From the human T2T-CHM13v2.0 reference genome, Homo sapiens, in NCBI RefSeq assembly GCF_009914755.1, contig NC_060925.1: DNA of 64,000 nucleotides, one strand, 5' to 3'. Position numbers and translations under genes: made by a program. Shown here one piece after another: positions 25,201 to 38,480 of this stretch. Under the pieces are notes generated by a model. That model worked only from the letters and a program-made list of their open reading frames with translations. It did no database searches and was not told where the DNA came from. Every line of letters begins with the position of its first letter. Positions within the stretch are counted from its first letter, which is position 1.

Positions 25201-27207
25201 TCTATAAAAATCAAAATTATTTTGATTTAATAAAATAATTATTTTTATATATGAGTGTCAGATCATTAGAACATGAAATTTTTAAAATATCTCTTATAAT
25301 AGCATCAAAACTATGAAATATATGAGGATACATTTAACAAAATATTTGTAATACCTGTGATTAAAGAATAGCTAAGTAAATGGAGAGGTATATTGTATTT
25401 GTGTATTGAAAGATTTAGCATTTTTAAGCTATTAGCTCTCCCCAGATTTTTCTGTCGATTCAATGAATCCCAATCATGATGGCCAAAACCTTCTTTTGTA
25501 GAAACAAGCTTTTATGGAAAATTTATATAAAAATGCAAAGAAACTAAAATAGCCTATTTTTAAAAATAAAAACAGAAGTAAATAATATGTTACCTCAATC
25601 CATATCGTTACTTATGATAATGCTACAGGAGTTAAGACACTGTGGTATTGGCATAGGACAGACAAGATCAAGGGAGCAGAATAGAATGTCAGAAGTAAAA
25701 CTTCACATTTATGGTAATTTCATTTTCCAACAAAGGCACCAAGATAATTTCATGGGGGAAAAGATAGTCTTTAAACAAATTGTGATGGAAATCTGGATAT
25801 CTATATAGAAAAAAATATACCTCCACTTTTACACCATACACAAATATTGACATAAAATGAATCATAGTCCTAAACATAAAAGCTAAAACTATAAAATTTC
25901 TGGAAAAATATCACTGGAAAGGTCTTCATGACCTTGTGATACGTAAAGATTTCCTAAGTCATAAACATACACAAATTAAAACATAAAAGAAAAATTCAGG
26001 CTGGGCACTTTGAGAGGATGAGGCGGGCAGATCACTTGAGCACAGGAGTTTGAGACCAGCCTGGCCAACATGGCAAAACCCCATCTTTACCAAAAAGACA
26101 AAAATTAATTGGGCGCAGTGGCATGCATCTGTAATCTCAGCTACTCAGGAGGCTGAGGCAGGAGAATTGCTTGAATCCAGGAGGTGGAGGATGCAGTGAG
26201 CCAAGATCACACCACTGCACTCCAGCCTGGGGAACAGAATGAGATTCTGTCCCCCCCAAAAAAAAGAAAAAAAAGAAAAATTAAATAAACCCAACATCAT
26301 AAAAATGTAAAACTTTTGCTCTTCAAAAGATACTGTTAAGAAAATTGTAAGCTAGGCCATCGACTAAGTCAAAGTATTTATAATATGTTTATCTTACAAA
26401 GGATTTCTATTTAAAATATTGTAAAATAATATTGTACAATTTTAAAATAACCAAAAATGATAGAAAGGGGCAAAATATTTGAACAGAAACTTTACAAAAT
26501 AAGATGTATAAATGTCCAACTAATATATTTTAAAGGATTCAACATCATTTAGGGAAATGAAAATTAAACTGTAGTGAGATACTACTATATACCTATTACA
26601 ACAGCTTAAATGAGAAAGATTGACAACATCAATGTTGGTGAAGACGTAGAACAACTGAAACTCTCTTACATATTACTCCTTGGAATGTAAAATGGTACAG
26701 CCATGATGGAGAAATTTTTGGAAGTTTCTTATAAGAAGAAATATGAATGTATCACGTAACCCACAATTCTACTCGAGATGTTTACCTAAGAGAAATGAAA
26801 ACATATGCCCACACAAATACCTATAGAAAACTGTTTATAGCATCTTTACTTTTAAATAGCCCCAACCTGAAACATTCCAAATGGATAAACACATTCTATT
26901 CTATCCATAAAATAGAATGCTACCCATACAGCATAAAGAAATGAACTATAGATATACTCCATAAGATAGACAAATCTCAAAAACATGCTGACTCAAAAAA
27001 GATTCAGAAGGAGTTTATACTGCATTATTACATTCATATGAACCTTTAGAAAAGACTATTCTAATTTATTGACAAAACATAGATCAACGTCTGGGGCTGA
27101 TCATGTCGGGGTGCTTGTGAGAGACGCAAAGAAATTTTTTGGGATGATGAAAATGTAGATCTTGATTGTGGTGGTGATTACATGGGAGTGTAAATTTGTG
27201 AAATTCC
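22245..27207 (+). mobile_element. Ancient, internally deleted near-full-length L1M (L1ME1-like 3' end) with 5'UTR, ORF1 and ORF2 remnants
   Basis: ORF1-like IQNEAQKEK/KIFEEIV, EN-like atatgctgtctataagaaa, RT ttcacagatgac, 3' cttgattgtggtggtgattacatggg. Confidence 0.8.
25999..26275 (+). mobile_element. AluS lacking the A-box region
   Basis: ggctgggca|ctttg junction; TSD aaaagaaaaatt on both sides. Confidence 0.92.
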
Positions 27208-27769
27208 TTTCTACTTATGTCTGTTATTTCAAATGGACACTAACTAAGAGATTCTTAGAGAAAGAACAAGAGGCTGCCTGACACACTGGTAGAGACAGAC
27301 TTTCTCGGGAAAAGAACAGCATATACAAAATCATGGAAGTATGAAGAAGTATGATACATGTGAGAGGCATTGCTAATTACTGTTACAGATTCCATGAATC
27401 ACAGAAAACATACATTTTTACATAAAGACTGTTATTTAAGTATGCCTAGAATAACTTTAGATTTTGTAATACTATAGGGAAAAGGCAACACTTGCCAAAA
27501 TTTCTCCCCACTTCAACATGAGGGAAAAATAGAAATTACTTCCTAGAATGTCTTAATTTTTTTCTTTTTTGTTACCAAATATAAATCCAAAAGTACAAAC
27601 TGTTGCCAATCACTCCCCACCACCAATGCCATATCAGTGTTTGAATAAAGAAGATCTTTAAGAACATAATTCCATGCTAGCAAAGGTTCATATCAAACCT
27701 AGAAATACATGCATTAGACATCCCTGGTGCATTTGAGTATCCACATAGGAATATCTACAACCTAGGGAG

Positions 27770-28185
27770 CTCACTTCTGGAAGTTTATCCTAAAGATATG
27801 CTTGGTTGAAGGAAAAACTTTTTTATTATAAGTTTTTACTATTGTATATAATGACAAAATAATATAATAATATATTCACTATTGTTTATAATGGTGAAAA
27901 ATTAGAAGCCACCCAAAGTCCAACAATATGGAAATGATTACATTGTATTATATACGGAATGTGCTATGAATGTACAACAGTATAGAAATATATTTATGCT
28001 AAAAGTGAAAAGCAGAATACAAAATTAAATTATACTGTAATTACAATTGTGTTTACAAACTTGTGTTTATGAACAAAGACTGGAAAGGGATGAAGAAAAT
28101 ACTTAGTTTAGGTAAAGGACTTACGAATAATTTTTTCTAGTCTCTAAGCTCTTTGTAATATTTTATTATTTTATAATAAAATAAA
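27770..28185 (+). mobile_element. Old L1ME-type 3' fragment
   Basis: cacttctggaagtttatcctaaag..gaaaagcagaatacaaaatt..aaagactggaaaggg. Confidence 0.55.
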
Positions 28186-28351
28186 TAAATGAAAGTGCTG
28201 AATTTTCTGTTATGGAAGGCAAAAAAAAAAAAAAAAACTAAATAAAGCACTAAAAGTTAAAAGCTTCAGAAGAAATCTTCTATCTCTTTAGAAGAAAACC
28301 ATAACTTGACCAGCAGAAGAGCATCAAAATTGATTAACCTAGTAGAAATTT

Positions 28352-29211
28352 TTTAAATGTTTTGTTTACTGCATATATTTAAAGCATACAACATGGTGCT
28401 TTGATATACATATACATAGAAAAATGATTACTATAGTCCAGAACATTAACTCTAGTTAATAATATTGTATTGCATGATGGAGCTGTGCTGAGAGAGTAGA
28501 TTTTAGGTATTTTTACCATAAAAGGGAACTATGTGAGATGATGGATATGTTAATGTTCATACAGGTATTGGCCATTTTTTATGTTCTCTTTGGAAAAATG
28601 TCCATTCAGTGTCCTTATTTTAATGCCACATCCAAAAATCAAGTCAAAATGGATTAAAGACCTAAACATAAGACCTGAAAGCCTAAAACTCCTAGATGAA
28701 AATGCAGGGGAAAGGTTTCTTAATATTGGTGTTGACAAGGACTTTTTGGATATCTCACCAAAAGCACAGGCTACAAAAGCAAAAATACACAGGTGGTACT
28801 ACATCAAACTATAAAGCTTCTGTACAGCAAATGAAATAACAAAATGAAAAGACAGTCATTGGGCTGGGAGAAAATATTCATGAACCATACATCAGTTAAG
28901 GAGTTATTATCCAAAATATATAAGGAACTGTCTGGGCACAGTGGCCCATGCCTGTAATCCCAGCACTTGAGAGGCCGAGGCAGGAGCATCACTTGAGCTC
29001 AGGAGTTTGAGACCAGGTCTCTACAAAAAAAAAAATAAAAAATTAGCCAGATGTGGTGATGCATGCCTGTAGACCTAGATACTGAGGTGGTTGAGGTGGG
29101 AGAATCACCTGAGCCTGGGAAGTCAAGGCTGCAGTGAGCCATGATCACACCACTCCATTCCAGCCTGGACGATGAGAAGCTGTCTCAAAAAGAAACTATG
29201 TGTATATACAG

Positions 29212-29250
<39 letters not shown>

Positions 29251-29294
29251 TATATATATGGAACCCAACATAACTCGGTAGCAAAAAAAATTAC
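28352..29294 (-). mobile_element. L1MA-type insertion with four segments in -,+,-,+ orientation (double inversion)
   Basis: Segments 28352-28450 (-, 3' terminus), 28451-28558 (+, 3'UTR), 28559-28617 (-, ORF2), 28618-29300 (+, ORF2); 22-bp TSD 28330-28351 / 29295-29316. Confidence 0.78.
28930..29258 (+). mobile_element. AluJ with internal deletion and (CA)n/(TA)n-converted tail, nested in L1
   Basis: cacttgagctcaggag..aggctgcagtgagccatgatc; TSD atatata(a/t)ggaac. Confidence 0.9.
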
Positions 29295-29389
29295 TTGATT
29301 AATCTAGCAGAAATTTGTAAATACAATCTATCTTTCCAGACATCAAATTCAACCCTAAGAAGGAGAAAAAGCTTATAACTTTCATTCAA

Positions 29390-29560
29390 GAGTTCTGAAT
29401 TGGAGTTCTAGCTCTACCGCTTAATATATGTATAATATTGGGCAAATCGCTTAAGGATATGTTTAGTTATGTGCATGAGAAAAATAATGGTAATGATGCC
29501 TCAACTCAGCACTTGGTATAGTTGTAAGAGTTAAAGAGGATAACATAAGTCTTTTGTAAA
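29390..29560 (+). mobile_element. MIR fragment
   Basis: ctagctctaccgctt..ttgggcaaatcgcttaa..gttgtaagagttaaagaggataaca. Confidence 0.55.
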
Positions 29561-31319
29561 CAAAGCATTAGCTATAGGCATTTGTCAGCCTTCATTGTTT
29601 GGAATAAGTTTCTACCATACCTCCTTAGGAAGTCGAGTCCTCAATAGAGTCAATCAGACATTCTATGACTTTAGAGGAATGTCTAGGAATACTGATTCAG
29701 TACAATCATAATTTCAAATTGATCTGTCACCTATAGGACATTGAGATTTCCATAAGTGATCATCTGGAATGGGAAAAAGAAGGCCTAAAAAAGTAATTTC
29801 TCAATTTTCTTTGAGGAAAAAGATAAAGAAAACAAAACAAATGCCATGAAATTCTTGGAAGTCAAGAGGGAGATCGTTAGGAGAAAGAAGCATCTGTAAT
29901 ATTAATAGCCAAATTTCCCTCTGAAGTGGATAACTATATGACAGTGATCAAGAAGTAGAGTATAACATAGCTTCCTATGGAAAAAAGTGGTCCTTCTTGG
30001 TGCCAGGTAGTCTGATCGCTTTGAATTGCCCGGTCAATGGTGCTGATGGCATGCAGATGTGTTTCGCAGCTGAGCAGAAGCAGAGCAACTAAAGGTTCAT
30101 GGTCAACAGTTAACTCTCCACAAGTGCTGAGTGAATGTTTAATGAAAAAGATGAAAGGGACTTGGTATCCTAGAGACTCTCATAATAATACTTTTTCAGA
30201 TCAGAAATCATGTAAAACCTGGTGTAGCTTTCTTTCAAACACTTTTTGCTTTGCCTGCTACCTGAGGCCAGGGCTTCTACAAGTTGATCTTCAGCCCCAG
30301 TAATATACATTGCTTCCAGAAGAATTTTCTTGGCTTGATTTCATAACCTAGTGCCTCTTATTTGGCAAGAAGATTCCATCATCCCCGAAGCAAGACTAAT
30401 GATTCCTGATTTGGTTGCCAACTATCTTCAAAAACTCTAAATTCATTTATTTAGCAAACATTTACATAGCATTAAACTTATGCCATGCACTATTCTAAGC
30501 ACTATGCAAATATGAATTCTTTTAATCCAACAGGCATTCTTTCTATGGAGTCACAGTGGCACCCCCACAAAGGGATTGCTGCAATTTTAGCTGGCTCCAC
30601 ACTAACGGGAAACATTGCTTTGTCTCGCTCACACCAATTGCAGACGATTTCCCACAGTGTGTTCTCCAGGGCTTTGTCCTGATGGGATGTAAATGGCTTC
30701 TATTGCATCCTCAGGGAACCTGGCCATTAGAAATGTTTTTCTTTATTTGAATTGATCCCATTACAGGCAGGGAGAGGACATTTGCCCACCTTACTCTTTT
30801 ATCTCATCCCCTTCCCTGATGTTTCTAATCTTTCCGATCCACATGCCTGACAAGCATAGTGTAAGACAGATACTCCTCTCAGTGATACAGATGTCTAGTT
30901 CTCAAAAATCTTCAATCAAATTTTGGTCCCTCGAGCCCTTTTTTTCTACTTTCCATTCTTTCTTGTTGGTTAACACCTTTCTAATAATCAGGTGTCCAGA
31001 ACCGTATCATCTTATCACTTTGCAGGTTCAGTTTCCAGGTGCTGTTTACTGTGACTCTAGGGCTTTTGAGGCATTTCTGCCTTTCACTGGATATCTGTTT
31101 CCCATCTTTATCTCCAGGCACTTAGCTCTTTCCTATTTTAAACTTTGGTTTTTTCAGTCTCAAATTTCTAGTTTTCCTGGGTTTCTTTCTATCATTGTTT
31201 GTCAATCTATAACGTGACAACACTTCCAGGTTGGTAATTACCGGATACTTCCCATGTTACTTAATTCTATAAAATCATTTTTAAAAGATAAGAAATGCCA
31301 ACAACGGTTAACAGTATAT

Positions 31320-31535
31320 TAATAATGATAAAAGAGCTAACATGTATTGAATACTCTCCACATGCCAGACTCCATGCTAAGCAATTTTATATACACTCTT
31401 ATAGGAAATCAGGATCTGTAGGAACTATTGTGATCCTCTTTTTACAGATAAAGAGACCCGAGGTTTAGAAAAATTAAGTAGCTTTCTCTAGGTCACAAAG
31501 CTCCTAAGTGAGCGGACTGAAATCTGAACCCAGGT
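31320..31535 (-). mobile_element. MIR
   Basis: gctaacatgtattgaatac..tgccagac..tttacagataaagagacccgagg..ggtcacaaagct..tgaacccagg. Confidence 0.8.
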
Positions 31536-32139
31536 TGTGGGCTTAACTGTTAGTTTACATTAGTTTTCACCTGTGCTTCTAAGGCTCATATATAAGAAAA
31601 AAAAAGATGTTAAGATGTTATTTCATTTTGATTACTGTTTTGAATAATAGAAATATAGAGAAAAAGCCTTGTTAGTTGGCTTAATCTCTAAAAAGTGTAT
31701 TATAGTTGTAGAGGGTGAAGACAGGATTCCTTCACAGAGATACACACAAAAACCTGAGAACTGAAGGAGACTCCAGTGTTAACTAGCTCCAATACCTCAT
31801 TTGAAAGGAGAAAATCCTGGGGCACTGGAGGGTACAAAATGAGTTGGCAGCAAAGTTCAGGTTCCAAAGTATCTTCACCCCAAGATTGTGCCTCCATGCT
31901 GGGGGAACAGCTCCCTGGGAGCCACACAGAGGCTGCTCTCTGAGCTTGTGTGGCTCTCTCTGAGCACAGGACCAGAGCCCAGTGCTGCTGCATCTAAATG
32001 GCAAATAAGTCTTGTATTTTACCCTTCCAGGGTTACCTTTGCCATCATCCACCTGCCTATCTTCAATTAAGGCATAGGTCAGTTCTTTGTCTTGTGCATG
32101 GCGTGACACCATGGCAGGCTACAGAGGCTGCTCCTGCTT

Positions 32140-32530
32140 CTCTGGATGGGTACCAGCACCGCTCTATCACTCTTCATTCCATTTCCTCTGCCTGGTGTAC
32201 TCTCCCCTCCTCTACTTACTTGTCTCAACCCATCAATCCTCTAAGGTCCAGGTCATCTCCCACACATCCCTGGAGGCTTCTCTAATCACCTCAGGCCAAA
32301 ATGATTTCTCCCACTTCTAAAACACTAGAATTCTTATTTCTCAGGCCACTCATTTTCCACTTATCATATGCTGCCCTGTATTGTCTGTTTGGTAATTTTT
32401 TTTTTTTTTTGTCTAAGAGTCTGGCTTGCCTTGAGGGCAGAGATCATATCTTATTCATCATTGTACCCAGCACATTGCTTAGCCTAAGGCCCAGAACAAA
32501 ATAGGTGTTCTATAAATGTTGATTGATTTA
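32140..32530 (+). mobile_element. L2 3' end
   Basis: ccttgagggcagagatcatatcttattcatc..aataggtgttctataaatgttgattga. Confidence 0.7.
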
Positions 32531-33314
32531 TTGTAAGTGGGAATGAAAATGACTTCCTTGCTTCTATGGTGACTCAAGAAAACAAAGTAACTTTTCTGAG
32601 AACCATGAAATCATCTGAGAAAATACTTTTAGAGCTCTCAAAAGTAATTGCAAATACTTATAATTATATGAGCAAGACTATGTCTCTGAGTAGTTAAAAT
32701 AGCTAAAAATGTTCTACTTGTTATCTAGTATCAGCAGGCAGACGAAAGCAAATTAATAATCACTCCACAGATTTGGACATTTAAAGGTATTTTTCATTGA
32801 GTTTTTCAAACGAGTTATACGTATAACTTTACGTGGCTTGTAAATTAGACTGGCTGCCCACCATCAGATTATTAAAACTGGAAAACCAAAAATCACAGTC
32901 CTGAAATTCTCGAAATGTGGTGTTCTTATTTCATTGAGTTTGAAAATTCTGTTGGGATAAGCCAACATATTTATTATGGCCTTCTGCATTATGGTAACAT
33001 CTTAAAAGCCGAAACTGAATTGTACTGATAGAAGAACTAATCTAACCTCTATTAATAAGACTTTAACTCAGAAAGAGATAGAATTTTTCACTTACTTTCT
33101 TCCAATGGCTTTATCTGGCTTATTTTCATCCTCCTAAGATTGATTAAAAGCTGTTGACTATCTTTTTCTGATATCTTCATATCATTTATCAACAGACTGA
33201 AGCCAATTTGGTCAGTATACTGCACTATAATTTTGGCAGGCAACTATTGAATAAATTGGATCTTGTCATTGTCTAATACATGTTACTCTCTGTATCACAG
33301 AAGAGTAGAAACCT

Positions 33315-33430
33315 AGAACTAGAAGAGATTTTAGAAACCAACTCACCTAGTTCTTTCATTTTTTTAGGGCGATATGGAAGCCCAGAAAGATTAAACGACT
33401 TGTTCACATTCTTACAACAATCAATAAGGT
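33315..33430 (-). mobile_element. MIR3-like fragment
   Basis: tagaactagaagagattttagaaacc..gaagcccagaaagattaaacgacttgttcac. Confidence 0.55.
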
Positions 33431-33857
33431 AGTAATTTTTATTATAGAATGGTCTCCTTGTCATCTGACAATTAGCTTGATTGGAAATAAACTTTAGAAA
33501 TGTTTTTAAGATTGTTCTCTGGTAGAATTACCCATTGCTGTCAGGGTAGAATAGGGAAATAATCTCAGTCTATGGATAGTGATACTCTTAATAACAAAGA
33601 CAGGCTTTAAAACATATGATTGGAGGGGTGGGGCAGAGCCACATGCCAAGCTGCCCCTGTGTAAAAGAAAGTACCAACTTGTGGCATCAGTTTGGTTTGT
33701 CTTTAGTAGTCCCAATCTTCCTTTCTGTGGTCCTTCCCCCTCCTTGGTGGCTTCTCCCTCCTTAGCCCCTATTTCAGGTGTTCTGAGCTGGCCTCTTACC
33801 TCCCTCAAAGCAGGAACTAAGCGTCCACTTCTTTAGTGTGAATAAATTTCAATTTAT

Positions 33858-35220
33858 TATTTTTTTAACTTTTATTTTAGGTTTGGGGGTACATGTGCAG
33901 GTTTGTTATATAGACAAATTGTGTGTCACAGGGGGTTGGTGTACAAATTATTTTATCACTGAGGTAATAATCCTAGTACCTGATGGGTAGTTTTTCCATC
34001 CTCACCCTCCTCCCTCCCTCTGCCCTCAAGTAGGCCTTGGGGTCTATTGTTCCCTGCTTTGTGTCCATATGTACTCAATGTTTAGCTCCCACTTATAAAT
34101 GAGAATATGTGGTATTTGGTTTTCTGTTTCTGTGTTAGTTCACTTAAGATAGTAACCTCCAGCTCCATTCATGTTGATGCAAAGGGCATGATTTCATTAT
34201 TTTGTAGGCTGTGTAGTGTTCCATAGTGTATATGTACCACATTTTCTTTATCCAGTGTACCATTGATGGGCATTTAGATTCATTCCATGTCTGTGATTCA
34301 TCACGTAAGCAGAAATAAAACAAAAACCATGTAATTATCTGAATGGATGTAGAAAAGTCTTTCCATAAAATTCAACATCCCTTCATGTTAAACGCCCTTA
34401 AAAAAAATAGGCATTGCAGGAACATACTTTCAAATAACAAAAGCCTTCTATGACAAACCCATAACCAACATCATACTGAATGGGCAAAAGCTGGAAGCAT
34501 TCTCCCTGAAAACTGGGACAAGACGAGAATGTCCTCTCTCATCACTCCTATTCAACACAGTACTGGAAGTTCTAGTCAGAGCAATCAGACAAGAGAAAGA
34601 AATAAAAGGCGTCCAAATAGGAAGAAAGAAAGTCAACTGTCCCTGTTTGCAGATGATATGATTCTATACCTAGGAAACCCCAAAGTCTTTGCCCAAATGC
34701 TTCTTGATCTGATAAATAACTTCACCAAAGTTTCAGAATACAAAATCAGTGTATGAAAATCAGTAGCATTCCTATACACCAACAACATTTAAGCTAAGAG
34801 CCAAATCAAGAATGCAATCCCATTCACAATAGCCACAAAAAGAGTAAAATACCTAGGAATACAGCTAACCAGGGAGGTAAAAGATCCCTACAATGAGAAT
34901 AACAAAACAATGCTCAAAGAAATCAGAGATAACACAAACAAATGGAAAAACATGTTCATGAATAGGAATAATCAATATTGTTAAAATGGCCATACTTCTC
35001 AAAGCAATTTGCAGATTCAATGTTATTCCTATCAAACTACCAAAGACATTCTTCATAGAATTAGAAAAAACTATTTTAAAAGCCATATGGAGCAAAAAAG
35101 AGCACAAATAGCCAAGGCAAATTTAAGAAAAAAGAACAAAGCTGGAGGCGTCACACTTCCCCACTTCAAACTATACTACAAGGCTCCAGTAATCAAAACA
35201 ACATGGTACTGGTACAAAAA
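33858..35220 (-). mobile_element. L1PA15/16-like LINE-1 with 5' inversion (3' part 33858-34291 on -, ORF2 part 34292-35220 on +)
   Basis: T-tail plus ggggtacatgtgcaggtttgtta; RT motif [10 protein letters not shown]; TSD-like aa(t/c)ttattat(t/c)tt on both flanks. Confidence 0.9.
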
Positions 35221-36024
35221 TAACTTATTATCTTAACAAAACCTTTCCATTTTAAGTGAGTCTGACAATTCTTACATCATCAATCAGGTGAAAGGACACC
35301 TTTGGACTTCCTGAAATCACACTATTCATAAAGCCAGTTGAGGGATCAAAGAGTGATTTGGTTACATTAGGTAATGAGTAGGGATTTGTCAGAGGAATGC
35401 TCTCTTTTCCTCACTCCCACCCTTCAGATAGCAACTGCTCCCCTTAGAAGGATAAAACAGGGTCTGTTGACCATTCCTAGGAGTGGACTGAGAGAAAAGA
35501 ATTCATATTCCAGTTCACAAACATCTCCTCAATATGAGTTCAGTCTTTTATTGACCTGGGTCGGCTTAGCCAGCAGATTTTTCCCTATTACTTCCCCACC
35601 AATTAAGCTGGGGAATCCTCATTATTCCCCACCAAATCTCATTATTAACTTCTCATCTATTTCCCAAATCACATTTTGCATCTTATAGCATATATTACAG
35701 TAACAATATTAATAGTTTCATGACATGACCACCATACTTTTTCCATCATTCTGGAATAAAATACATGCCACTTGTATTATCTCCACCTTGGTAACACTTT
35801 CTGACAAGGTATTATATTGGAGAATATATCTTTGCTCACCGATACTACTGAACTGTATCTTCTAATTAAGAGCATGAAATTTACATGACTACTATATAAT
35901 GTAGACTTGTAATAACTTATATTTCTCTAGCACTTTAAAATTTACACTGATTATAGTGTCACATTGATTATTTTACAACAATAGCTATTTTAAAGTAGAT
36001 GCTTGAGATTGAACAGGAAGGGCA

Positions 36025-36115
36025 ATTGTCATTATCATGCCCATTTTACAGATAAAGAAACTAATATTTTGATTATGTCATTTGCTCAAGGTCACACAGC
36101 TAGTAAGTTGGTGGT
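36025..36115 (-). mobile_element. MIR core
   Basis: cccattttacagataaagaaact..ttgctcaaggtcacacagctagtaagt. Confidence 0.8.
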
Positions 36116-36299
36116 GCTGACTTCTCTACATTTTTACTTCTCTTAGAAGGGAAAAAAGGAAGGAAACTAACATTTTTTGAGTATCTGTAATGTGCCAGGC
36201 ACCATATTAGAAATATTAATAGAATATATATTTTCACAAACAATATCATTAGCAATTTGCCCAGATTCCTGCTGCTAGTAAATAGTTAAACTAAACTTT

Positions 36300-38480
36300 C
36301 TTCTTTTTCTCCCCCATACTGAACCTCACGACTGGTCATCTGAACAACTATATCATCAACACCTTTGATTCTCCTTACAGTCCTGTAATTCCATCATTTC
36401 CACATAGCAAAACCCAACTTATATCACTGTATAATTTACTTTCTCTGCTTCTCCACCCAAGCATCAGTTCATTCCTTTAGAAAGAACCATAAAACCAAAT
36501 TCAAATTCTCTAAATGCAGCTCTGCCCTGTCTTTTTTTTATTTATTTTCTCTTTGTTCCTCCTTAGTTCTCGTCCATATTTATTCTACTCTTCAGGACAT
36601 TCATTGTTCTCACTCTTAGCAGATTATCAGAATCCCTTCTCATCACAAAAATTAAGCCATTAGTCATGATCTTCCTCAGCCTTCAGAATGGTAACTATAA
36701 ATTTAAATAGAATAATGACATATGTCTCTTCTCCAGTCTCAGAAGACATGTCCCTCCTCTTATTCCAGAACACACTCATTTGTTCTTTTCACCTTTCCTA
36801 TTCTCAAGATTCTTGGGATTCCCTATTTTTTCCCACCATATACCCTAATCCCTTAGTTCCCAAACAAGCTCAAATCTCTCATACTTTGAGAAAAATATAC
36901 TCCTCAAGAGTTCCCTTGTTACCATAAAACCCCTTTTCTCCTCTTCCCAACCAAACCTGTAAAAAGAAATAAACAATAAAAATAAACCTAGTCTACAGTT
37001 ACTGTAGCTTGAGTTTACACTGAACTCACCTCACTGCTATTTCATTTTTTTCCCCGCTTTACTCCTGAAAAATCTCTCCCTACAGCAACCAAATGCATCA
37101 CTACGGCTTAAATCAGAAGGCTCATGCAATACATCTTTCTCTTCTGTTCTCTAGGGCTGGGCAATTTCATAGCCTCTATAAGCTAATATTTCCTCATGTT
37201 AAACAGAGCTACTCATTCATTCTCTCCCTCTCCCCTTACCCCAGTAATTTCCCCTCACCTTTAGTTGATATAAAAGTCTTATAAAATTTTGATATTTGTC
37301 AGACTTACTGATGCTGAACATAAGAACTTCAGTGACATCCTTGTTGTCAAAATATTGAAAGAGAATACTCACTTCGACGCCCATCCTTTTTTATTCTACA
37401 TCTCAGTTGGAGACATAACCATTCACTCAGTCAACAAAGCCAGAACTCTGTGAGTCATTCTTCACTTTTCCCTATGTTTTCTCTCCAATAAATCTATCAC
37501 TTAGAACTGTCCATTTTACCTCCTAAACTCTTCAAGAGTCAGCCATCTATTCTCTAATGCCATTACCAATTACCAAGTGCTAAAGTGTTTCTTCACAACT
37601 TTGTCCCAGACCAGTAGCTCTCCACCAGGGTGACTGTGCCCCCCAAGGAGGCATTTGGGAAAAACTGCGGACATTTTTTGTTGTCACCTCTGGAGGTGGA
37701 AGGTACTACTAACATTGAATGAGTAGAGACCTGGGATGCAAAACATCCTACAATGCACAGACCAGCTCCCTCCAAGCCCTGAACAAAAACTATCCAGCCC
37801 AAAATGTAAATAATTCAAAGGCTGAGAAACCTTGACTCATTCTATGAGGAGAGCCCCTTAGCAGGTCTCTCTCCCTTCAGTCTTATCCTCCCTTAAGTCT
37901 ATCACACACATAGTGCTACAGTGATTTATCTAAAATGGAAATCTGTCCACGCAACTCTCCTGCCTGCAACCCTTCAATGGTTTTCATTCTTCCCTGGAAT
38001 AAGCTCATCCTGAGCAGCTCCTTACTTTTCTTACCACTTCCTGATGCTCTTTACTGTTTACTACCCAACAATAATGAAATATTGATGATTCCCTACGTAG
38101 TTTGTGCCTTCCTTTTCTGTGCTCATGCTGTTTCTCTGTTTGAAATGGCTTTTGTTCTCTGATTCTTCCTACGTTGCCCCTTTAACTCCTCACTCTTGAA
38201 GACTGAGCCCAGGCAACGTCTCTTCAAGAAACTTTCTTCTGGTCCTCCTTCTCCCCACACACTGAGCTATAAGCCACTTCTCTGTATTTCCTAAATAACT
38301 TATACTGATATGAATTTAATATCAGGCTTATCATATGGCATATAAAGTTTCTACCTGACCATTCCCCTCAGCTCCCACACCCATTTAGGGTAATTTAATT
38401 GAAGACAGTCTGTGAGGGCTGTGTCTTGTACATATTTTAAGTATGGCACATCATAGCTGCTTTAGAAAATGTCAGTCAAC
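36300..38480 (+). mobile_element. Long degraded L2, interrupted by MER20
   Basis: Pyrimidine-rich L2 body; agccagaactctgtgagtcattctt, gtgatttatctaaaatggaaatctg..ccttcaatggttt, 3' ggcacatcatagctgc. Confidence 0.6.
37612..37834 (+). mobile_element. MER20 (hAT-Charlie MITE)
   Basis: cagtagctctc..gacattttttgttgtcac..aaacatcctacaatgcacag..tatccagcccaaaatgt..gctgagaaaccttg. Confidence 0.9.

Noticed and set aside
30819-31217. 132-aa hydrophobic ORF
   Set aside because: T-rich composition explains the lack of stops; no recognisable domain or splice structure.
32810-32835. loxP-like arms (gttat/ataactt/cgtata)
   Set aside because: Arms are in the wrong order with no 8-bp spacer; coincidental.
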